From NCBI GenBank assembly GCA_035635355.1, contig DASQBE010000068.1, forward strand, positions 1-32,356: DNA of 32,356 bases. The letters are read 5' to 3'. A program made the position numbers and the translations under genes. The stretch comes from Candidatus Binatia bacterium (GTDB taxonomy: Bacteria; Eisenbacteria; RBG-16-71-46; SZUA-252). Below, piece after piece: positions 26,049 to 32,356 of this stretch. The notes under the pieces were generated by a model that was not told the origin of the DNA, ran no database searches, and worked only from the letters and a program-made list of their open reading frames with translations. Position 1 is the first letter of the stretch. The number at the start of each line of letters is the position of its first letter.

Positions 26049-27404
26049 ATGGAGGTGAATTCACTGACGCGGTTTCGGGCCTTACTCTTTCTCCTTGTCG
26101 CGGCGGGGCTTGCGGCACTGAGCCCAAGGCTGATGGGGAAGGGCACGCCATGCGACATCCTGATTCAGAGCACCACGGATGTGTACGGCGAACTCGCTCC
26201 CTGTGGCTGACACGCTCACCCGCTAGGCGGACTCGCCCGGAGGGCGAGTCAATTCAAGGTAGGCGCCCTGAAGTTCCCCAACCACTTCCGCGTGGATTCG
26301 GGTGACTTCTTCGGCACGGCCGGGGAGCAGGACTCCCTGAAGACCGAGTTCATGGTCCAGGCCATGGACAAGCTCGGGTACGACGTCGTGACCGTGGGCG
26401 AGCGCGAGTTCAATTTCGGCCAGGCGTTCCTGCTCAACACGTTCAAGAAGACGAAGATCGACCTCGTCTCCTCCAACCTGGTCTATGCCGATACGAAGAA
26501 GCCCTTCACGAAACCTTACGTCATCCGCAAGATGTGCTCGGCCCGCGTCGCGTTCTTCGGCCTCATCGGCACCGACGTGAAGCTGCGGACCCTGGCGAGC
26601 GAGCGCGCCCTCCTGATCCAGGATCCCGTCGCGACCGCCAAGGCCCTCGTTCCGGAGCTGCGGAAGAAGGCGGACGTGGTCGTGCTCCTGTCGCACATCG
26701 GGCTCACCGAGGGACAGCGTCTCACGCTGGAGGTTCCGGGCATCGACGTGATGGTGTTCGGGCATCAGCCCGGCCTCTTCCGTGAGATCACGAAGACGAA
26801 CGGCGTCATCAACACCCGGTCCGGAGAGCGGGGGCAGTACATCCCGGGCATCCACCTGGTCGTGGAGGACGGCAAGATCGCCTCCTACGACGGCGAGGTG
26901 GTCACCCTGGACGACAAGGTGCCCGCGGACGACGAAATGAATCGCTCGGTCGATGCGTTCAACGACGAGATGAACCGGCGCTTCGCGGCCGCTCCCACGA
27001 CTCCGACCCAGGCCACGAACACGAACCTCGCCGGGGACCACTTCCTGGGCGAGAAGAACTGCCGGCGGTGCCACGAGGCCGAGTACCAGATGTACTCCAC
27101 GCAGCAGCACGCCCAGGCGTTCGCCACGCTGACCAAGAACCAGCGGGACGCGTCGCCCGAGTGTCTCCCGTGCCACGTCGTCGGCTACGGCCTACCGGGT
27201 GGATTCTCCTCGAAGGCCGGCACGCCCGACCTCGTGAACGTCCAGTGCGAGAATTGCCACGGCATGGGCACGAAGCACCCGGAGAAGGGGGACGCCGCGG
27301 CGGTGGTGGGCCCGGATGTCTGCCTCACCTGCCACACCCACGAGCAAAACCCGGACTTCGATTACGATCAGGCGCTGACGCACATTGTGCACTGGCATCC
27401 ATAG
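26049..27404 (+). CDS. Exported 5'-nucleotidase/metallophosphoesterase-like domain fused to a C-terminal tetraheme cytochrome c, interrupted by one in-frame TGA at 26208-26210 (candidate selenocysteine; alternatively a nonsense pseudogene)
   Basis: Track ORFs 26010-26210 and 26292-27404 share a frame. My translation of 26211-26291 (HAHPLGGLARRASQFKVGALKFPNHFR) has no stop, and the track start at 26292 is a GTG. The signal peptide (MEVNSLTRFRALLFLLVAAGLAAL) lies only upstream of the TGA, yet the downstream part needs export for its four CXXCH sites (27060, 27162, 27246, 27321). Metallophosphatase-like motifs: TTDVYG, DSGDFFG, LLSHIG, VFGHQ. Confidence 0.6.
26230..26250 (+). promoter_or_regulatory. 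GC-rich hairpin 20 nt downstream of the in-frame TGA (candidate bacterial SECIS apical stem-loop)
   Basis: GACTCGCCC gga GGGCGAGTC: perfect 9-bp stem with a G-initiated 3-nt loop. The loop lies 28 nt after the TGA. Confidence 0.3.
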
Positions 27405-28410
27405 CCTTCGCCTCACGGCGCTCCTCGCGGCCATCGGGCTTCTCCTCTCGACCGGCGCCTCTTCGGGCCAAGTCCTCAAGCTGTCCTCCCTGAGGGTGCC
27501 CGCGGACGTGGCGGCGGGCAGCTGGGTGGCCTACCAGGTCAACGTCTCGTCCAAGAACAGGCCGCCCCGGCGCTTCACCCAGAGGCTGTCGGTCGTCTCC
27601 CGCGAGGGCACCGGGTCCGAGGCCGGAGTCTGGGTGGAGCTGAAGACGATCGAGAGCGGCAAGACGCGGATGGAGCGGGGCTACTTCATGCCCCCGGATG
27701 CCGGAAAGGATTTCGCGGACTCGAGCCTCTACGACGACATGTCCGGGGGCGGGGGGGCGCCGCCTTCCGACGCTTCCGAAACGCCTCAGGCGGCATCGCG
27801 GTCGGGTCCCTCGAGCAGGCTCAAGCTCGCCCGGTACCAGAGGCTCACCCCGGATGGGAAGCTCTACGAGTACCCGGTCGGCGAAGAGGGGGCGCCGATG
27901 ACCGACGAGGAGGTGTCCGCCATGGACATGCTCGAGTTCACGGCGAAGTCGTTCCCGGACACCCTGGCGCCCGACACCCTCCGGGCCGGCCGGAAGGTCA
28001 TCCCCTGCCGCCTGCGGCGCGTGCGCCGCTACGGCACCCAGCAGTGGGAAGGAGACGAGTCCACGTACGTGAACCGCGCCCTGATGACCCGCACTTCATG
28101 GCGTAACCCGTGGATCCCGGTGACGGGCTATGGGCGCCTCGTGGTGGTCGTCTCCGCGGAGCGGGTTCCGATTCACGCCGGCGCTCCCGCGGATTCCGCT
28201 GTCCACGTGGCGTCTCCGGCGCCCCCGGACACGTCGCACGCGGGAACCCCGGCGCCGCAGCCGCGGGAGTCCGGCCCGGATCAGGACTATTTCTACAGGG
28301 CGGACGCCACCCTGGTCGATCTGGGCCGGGATGCCGTTCCGGAGGTCACCCAGGCCGCCGAGCCCGCTCCGCAGGAGTCCATCCCGAAGCCCCGAACCAT
28401 CCTCAAGTAG
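27385..28410 (+). CDS. Hypothetical secreted protein (signal peptide, Gly/Ser/Pro-rich disordered segments)
   Basis: 341-aa ORF. TTG at 27385 is the only in-frame start that preserves the signal peptide (HSLRLTALLAAIGLLLSTGASSG), and it overlaps the cytochrome gene by 20 nt. I recognise no family. Confidence 0.5.
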   Translation: MCTGIHSLRLTALLAAIGLLLSTGASSGQVLKLSSLRVPADVAAGSWVAYQVNVSSKNRPPRRFTQRLSVVSREGTGSEAGVWVELKTIESGKTRMERGYFMPPDAGKDFADSSLYDDMSGGGGAPPSDASETPQAASRSGPSSRLKLARYQRLTPDGKLYEYPVGEEGAPMTDEEVSAMDMLEFTAKSFPDTLAPDTLRAGRKVIPCRLRRVRRYGTQQWEGDESTYVNRALMTRTSWRNPWIPVTGYGRLVVVVSAERVPIHAGAPADSAVHVASPAPPDTSHAGTPAPQPRESGPDQDYFYRADATLVDLGRDAVPEVTQAAEPAPQESIPKPRTILK

Positions 28411-28527
28411 CGCTCCGCCCCAAATCCCTCCAGATCGGTCCCGCCCGGGCCGATACGTGCGTCGAAGAAGGCCGGATTTCCAACCGGCGTTCGCGACTTC
28501 CATCCGATCCCCGACAGAGGAGCGTTC

Positions 28528-30240
28528 ATGGCCGCCGGTGGGCGAAAGCCGCTCGGACAGAGCCTGCTCGAGCAAGGGCACCTGTCGCGCGAGGCGCTTT
28601 CCCGCGCGCTGGAGGAGCAGCGTCGCACGGGGCAGGCGCTCCGCGAGGTGCTGCTCCGGCTCGAGCTGGTTTCCGAGGAGGCGATCCTCGACTACTACGA
28701 GGAGCAGCTCGGCATCCCGCGCATGGACCTCACGACCTACGTGCTGGAGCCCGAGATCGTGCGGCTGGTCCCGGAACGGATCGAGCGGCAATTCAAGCTC
28801 GTCCCCCTGTTCAAGATCGGGAACACGCTCACCATCGCCATGGTGGATCCGCTCGACATCGTGGCTCTGGACGAGGTGAAGCTGGCGACGGGCCTCGAGG
28901 TGGACGTGGTGGTCTCCCCGGAGCCCCACATCCGGGAGGCGATCGACCGCTACCATCCGCTCGGGGGCGGGCTCGAGCTCCTCGTGCGGGAGCAGAAGAA
29001 GGGCGCGGCCGGGGAGGAAACCGCCGTCCGGGCCGAGGAAGACGGTCCGGTCATTCGATTCGTGAACGCGGTCGTGCATCAGGCGGTCCGCGAGGGGGCC
29101 TCCGACCTCCACTTCGAGCCCGACGAGTCGAATCTCAGGATCCGCTACCGCGTGGATGGGATCCTCCGCGAGGCCTCGGTCCAGTCGAAGTCGATCCACG
29201 CCTCGGTGGTGTCGCGGGTGAAGATCATGGCCCAGCTCGACATCGCCGAGCGGCGGCTTCCGCAAGATGGACGCGCGCGGATCGAGATCTCGGGCAAGGA
29301 GTTCGATCTTAGGGTCTCGACGTTCCCCACGATCCACGGCGAAAACGTGGTGCTGCGCGTGCTGGACAAGACCAGCGCCCTCCTCGGCACCTCCGAGCTG
29401 GGGCTCGCGCCCGAGCCTCTCGAGGCGCTGTCGCGGATGATCGAGCGCCCGAACGGGATCGTGCTCGTCACGGGCCCGACCGGAAGCGGAAAGACCACGA
29501 CGCTCTATTCCTGCATCGGGAAGATCAACACGGTCGAGCGGAACATCGTGACCCTGGAGGACCCGGTCGAGTACCACATCCCCTCGATCCGCCAGACGCA
29601 GGTGGATCCCGACGTGGGCCTGACCTTCGCGCGCGGGCTGCGCGCGCTTCTGCGCCAGGACCCGGACGTGATCATGGTCGGCGAGGTCCGCGACGCGGAA
29701 ACCGCCGAGATCGCGGTCCGCTCCGCGCTGACGGGCCATCTCGTGCTCTCCACGCTGCACACCAACGACGCCGCGGGCGCGCTTCCGCGCCTCCTGGACA
29801 TGAAGATCGAGCCCTTCCTCCTCTCCTCGGCGATGCTGGGGGTGGTGGCGCAACGCCTCGTCCGCCGGGTCTGCGAGAAGTGCAAGAAGCCCAGCGAGCC
29901 GCCGGCGGAGGCCCTCGAGGAGCTGGGGACCACCGCGTCGCGCGGGACCTTCGTGGTGGGCGCCGGATGCATGGCCTGCGGCCAGACCGGCTACCGGGGC
30001 AGGCTCGGGATCTTCGAGGTGCTGGTCGTGACCGACGAGATCCGGGACCTCATCGTCTCCCGCGCCTCGACCGAGGACATCGCGCGCGCCGCGAGCCGCG
30101 CCCGCATGGCGACCCTTCGCGATGACGCGGTCCGGAAGGCGACCCAGGGGATCACGACGCTCTCCGAGGTGATCCGGGTCACGCGGAAGAACCTCACGAC
30201 CCAGGACTTGGACCAAGACGTCCTTCCGGTCCGGAAGTAG
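28528..30240 (+). CDS. pilB: Type IV pilus/type II secretion assembly ATPase (PilB/GspE family)
   Basis: 570 aa. N-terminal GSPII_E_N-type domain, Walker A GPTGSGKTTTLYS, Asp/His boxes, tetracysteine motif CEKC...CMAC. GAGGAG RBS. Confidence 0.9.
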   Translation: MAAGGRKPLGQSLLEQGHLSREALSRALEEQRRTGQALREVLLRLELVSEEAILDYYEEQLGIPRMDLTTYVLEPEIVRLVPERIERQFKLVPLFKIGNTLTIAMVDPLDIVALDEVKLATGLEVDVVVSPEPHIREAIDRYHPLGGGLELLVREQKKGAAGEETAVRAEEDGPVIRFVNAVVHQAVREGASDLHFEPDESNLRIRYRVDGILREASVQSKSIHASVVSRVKIMAQLDIAERRLPQDGRARIEISGKEFDLRVSTFPTIHGENVVLRVLDKTSALLGTSELGLAPEPLEALSRMIERPNGIVLVTGPTGSGKTTTLYSCIGKINTVERNIVTLEDPVEYHIPSIRQTQVDPDVGLTFARGLRALLRQDPDVIMVGEVRDAETAEIAVRSALTGHLVLSTLHTNDAAGALPRLLDMKIEPFLLSSAMLGVVAQRLVRRVCEKCKKPSEPPAEALEELGTTASRGTFVVGAGCMACGQTGYRGRLGIFEVLVVTDEIRDLIVSRASTEDIARAASRARMATLRDDAVRKATQGITTLSEVIRVTRKNLTTQDLDQDVLPVRK

Positions 30241-30243
30241 ACG

Positions 30244-31461
30244 ATGCCCGCATTCCGCTACCGCGCCCTGAGCCCCGCGGGCGAGGCGCAGCAGGGTCTC
30301 CTGGACGCCACCGATCTGGATCAGGCGGTGGATCGTCTCCACAACATGGGGCTCGTCCCCGTCCGCCTCGAGCCCCAGGGCGAGGCCAAGCGGGCCACGG
30401 ACCGACTCCCCTTCCTGAAGAAGAAGGTCGCCCCGCGCGACCTCATCCTCTTCACCCGCCAGCTCGAGACGATGCTCGACTCGGGCCTGCCGATCCTCTC
30501 CTCGCTGGAGAGCCTCCACGCGCAGACGACGCATCCCAGGCTGAAGCCGGCGATCGACCGGGTGCGCGCCGACGTCGAGCAGGGATCCACCCTGACGGAG
30601 GCGCTCCGTCGTCAGCCCGACTGCTTCCCGCGCATCTACGTCAACCTGGTCTATGCCGGGGAGGAGGGCGGTCTCCTGGCCCAGATGCTGGACCGGGTCG
30701 CCACGCTGTTGGAGTACGAGGCCGAGACGGAGCAGCGGATCCGCTCCGCCACGTTCTATCCGACCCTCATCATCACCGAGCTCGGCCTCGCGTTTCTGGT
30801 CCTGATCAAGTTCGTGCTGCCCCGGTTTGCGTCCCTGTTCCGCAAGTTCGACACCACGCTCCCGCTCCCGACCCGGGTCCTGATCGGTTTGAGCGATTTC
30901 TTCGAGAAGCAGTGGTTTCCATTTCTCTTCTTCCTGGGATGCGCGGTGGTGGCCGGCATCCTCTGGAGCCGCTCCGAGCGGGGCCGGTGGAAGATCGACC
31001 GGTCGGTGATCCGCGTTCCCATCTTCGGTCCCATCTTCCTGATGACGATCATGTCGCGCTTCTCCCGGGTGCTGTCCGCGCTCCTGGCCAGCGGTATCCC
31101 GATCGTCCAGGCGCTCGACATCGTGCGCGGGGTGGTGGGGAATCGGGTGGTGGAGGCCGAGGTCGACAAGATGCGGGACGGCGTCGTGGCGGGGATGGGT
31201 CTGGCGGAGCCGCTCAAGGAGAGCCGCGTGTTCCCGCCGCTGGTGGTCAAGATGTTGTCGGTCGGGGAAGAGACCGGCGCCGTGGACAAGATGCTCCTGC
31301 GCGTCTCCCGATATTACGATCAGGACGTCGATTACGCGGTCAAGAACCTCTCGACCGCCATCGAGCCGGTGCTCCTCATCATCCTGGGCTGCGCGGTCCT
31401 ATTCACGGCCCTGGCGGTGTTCCTGCCCCTCTGGAACCTCATGAACGTCTTCCGGCACTGA
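30244..31461 (+). CDS. pilC: Type IV pilus/type II secretion platform protein (PilC/GspF family)
   Basis: 405 aa. Duplicated GspF domains (LILFTRQLETMLDSGLPILSSLE and MSRFSRVLSALLASGIPIVQALD) and three TM segments. Confidence 0.9.
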   Translation: MPAFRYRALSPAGEAQQGLLDATDLDQAVDRLHNMGLVPVRLEPQGEAKRATDRLPFLKKKVAPRDLILFTRQLETMLDSGLPILSSLESLHAQTTHPRLKPAIDRVRADVEQGSTLTEALRRQPDCFPRIYVNLVYAGEEGGLLAQMLDRVATLLEYEAETEQRIRSATFYPTLIITELGLAFLVLIKFVLPRFASLFRKFDTTLPLPTRVLIGLSDFFEKQWFPFLFFLGCAVVAGILWSRSERGRWKIDRSVIRVPIFGPIFLMTIMSRFSRVLSALLASGIPIVQALDIVRGVVGNRVVEAEVDKMRDGVVAGMGLAEPLKESRVFPPLVVKMLSVGEETGAVDKMLLRVSRYYDQDVDYAVKNLSTAIEPVLLIILGCAVLFTALAVFLPLWNLMNVFRH

Positions 31462-31471
31462 TCGTAAAGAT

Positions 31472-31487
31472 GGGGGCCCGGATTGCC
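31472..31487 (+). promoter_or_regulatory. Weak sigma54-type -24/-12 candidate upstream of the pilin gene
   Basis: gGGggC-ccgga-TTGC has GG and GC at the canonical spacing of the TGGCAC-N5-TTGC consensus (7 of 10 specified positions). Lies 75 nt upstream of the pilin ATG. Pilin genes are often sigma54-dependent. Confidence 0.2.
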
Positions 31488-31561
31488 GATTGCATTCTTG
31501 GACACAGGAGTACGTCCCCGGGGACGGGGTGAACGGAAGAACCCACGAGGAGGTTGTGCGT

Positions 31562-31942
31562 ATGGTTCGCAGAAATTCTGAAAGCGGTTTCACGCTGATC
31601 GAGCTCGTCATCGTGATCGTGATCCTCGGCATCCTGGCCGCGGTCGCGATTCCGAAGTACGAAGACATGCGGGAGCAGGCCCGTACCGCGACGCTGAAGG
31701 GGCAGCTCGGCGCGATTCGCTCGGCGATCGCGATTCAGTACGCGCGCAACGCCCTGAACGGCGCCGCCACGTTCCCGACGCTGAACGGAAGCATCTTCGC
31801 GGACGGCAACGTTCCGAAGGAGCCGGTCAACAACTCCAGCGCGGTGAAGACCACGGCCGGCGTGGACAACGCGGGGGGATGGCAGTACACGGCCGCGACG
31901 GGCATCGTCAAGGCCAACATGAACGCGTATTCGTCCTACTAG
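31562..31942 (+). CDS. Prepilin-type (type IV pilin/pseudopilin) protein, cysteine-free
   Basis: ATG at 31562, 8 nt after GAGGAGG. Leader MVRRNSESG, then mature FTLIELVIVIVILGILAAVAIP with Gly-1/Phe+1/Glu+5. 126 aa, C-terminus ...NAYSSY. Confidence 0.88.
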   Translation: MVRRNSESGFTLIELVIVIVILGILAAVAIPKYEDMREQARTATLKGQLGAIRSAIAIQYARNALNGAATFPTLNGSIFADGNVPKEPVNNSSAVKTTAGVDNAGGWQYTAATGIVKANMNAYSSY

Positions 31943-31980
31943 ACACGGTTTCGGTTCCAGGGGTCGGGCAGACGGCCGGG

Positions 31981-32001
31981 GTGGGAGCGACATGCTCCCA
32001 C
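31981..32001 (+). terminator. Stem-loop downstream of the pilin gene (8-9 bp stem, 5-nt loop); possible terminator or attenuator
   Basis: GTGGGAGC gacat GCTCCCAC, 39 nt after the pilin TAG. No T-run follows. Confidence 0.3.
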
Positions 32002-32047
32002 CTCGTACGCCATTCGGGGGTGTAGCTCCCGGGGAACGGGGGAGTCG

Positions 32048-32356
32048 ATGAGATGGACCCGCGCCGGGGCAGGAAGCCTCGTCGCAGCGGCGATCGCGGC
32101 CTTCGTCTACGGCGTGACACTCTCGCCCTCCGTGGGCGCGGGCGACAGTGGGGAGCTCATTCTCGCCGCCCACTCCCTGGGAATTCCACACCCACCCGGC
32201 TACCCGCTCTGGCTTCTCCTCGCTCGATGCGCCGACCTCCTTCCCTGGGGAACCGTCGCGCTCCGCGTGAACGCGCTCTCGGCGCTCTTCTCGGCCGTCG
32301 CGGTCGGGCTCTTCTATCGGCTGGCCGCCCGCTGTGGGCTGAGCCGCTCGGGCCGG
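32048..32356 (+). CDS. DUF2723-family (TMEM260-like, GT-C fold) membrane glycosyltransferase, N-terminal 103 codons; continues past the window end
   Basis: Manual translation from ATG at 32048 (GGGGGAG RBS): MRWTRAGAGSLVAAAIAAFVYGVTLSPSVGAGDSGELILAAHSLGIPHPPGYPLWLLLARC... The GDSGEL...LGI.HPPGYPL N-terminal signature matches DUF2723 as I recall it. Open-ended, so absent from the ORF track. Confidence 0.6.
   Translation, partial: MRWTRAGAGSLVAAAIAAFVYGVTLSPSVGAGDSGELILAAHSLGIPHPPGYPLWLLLARCADLLPWGTVALRVNALSALFSAVAVGLFYRLAARCGLSRSGR

Noticed and set aside
26010-26210. The 66-aa track ORF as a stand-alone small secreted peptide, with the 26292 ORF as an independent gene
   Set aside because: The TTG start at 26010 falls inside the likely promoter. 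The downstream ORF starts at a GTG with no RBS and no signal peptide despite four heme c sites. The two ORFs are in frame with a clean coding bridge, so a single recoded or disrupted gene explains the data better.
26208-26210. Genome-wide UGA reassignment (genetic code 4 or 25) as the explanation for the in-frame TGA
   Set aside because: TGA terminates most of the well-supported genes in this window at positions consistent with family lengths (lipB, E2, metE, serS, accD, folC, lptD and others), so UGA is a normal stop codon here.
1-32356. CRISPR arrays, IS elements, integrases and prophage genes
   Set aside because: I saw no regularly spaced direct repeats, terminal inverted repeats, or transposase/integrase-like translations in any frame. 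The gene content is core metabolism and envelope functions.

Overview
GC-rich (about two-thirds G+C by eye) bacterial chromosomal window, densely packed with mostly housekeeping genes. I saw no rRNA, tRNA, CRISPR array or mobile element. TGA is the usual stop codon, and many neighbouring genes overlap by 4 nt (ATGA/GTGA). Minus strand, 4930 down to 1: a 2-oxoacid dehydrogenase operon (E1alpha, an embedded hotdog acyl-CoA thioesterase, E1beta, E2), then lipB and a truncated aspartase gene. Plus strand, in order: mrp/apbC, DUF971, a MetE split into N-domain-like and C-domain-like genes, a MacAB/Lol-like exporter (adaptor, ATPase, two FtsX permeases), a cysteine-free HemC homolog, serS, a PorY/PorX-like two-component pair (histidine kinase plus REC-PglZ regulator), tsaE-tsaB-rimI-accD-folC, a very large LptD/OstA-family outer-membrane protein, HU, an exported metallophosphoesterase-like/tetraheme cytochrome c gene, an orphan secreted protein, a minimal pilB-pilC-pilin cluster, and the start of a DUF2723 GT-C membrane protein. 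The most unusual observation is in the cytochrome gene. Its signal-peptide exon-like ORF (26049-26207) and its body (26211-27404) are in the same frame and are separated only by one TGA at 26208-26210. That TGA sits in a Cys-Gly-TGA context, and a perfect 9-bp GC-rich hairpin starts 20 nt downstream. This makes it a candidate selenocysteine (Cys-x-Sec) recoding site in a family I do not recall as a selenoprotein; the alternative is a nonsense-disrupted pseudogene or an assembly error. The gene content (PorX-type regulator, Bacteroidota-style LptD, DUF2723) with high GC suggests an FCB-group or Gemmatimonadota-like lineage, but that is inference only. All calls come from reading the supplied translations and my own manual translation of the two edge-truncated genes; no database search was possible.
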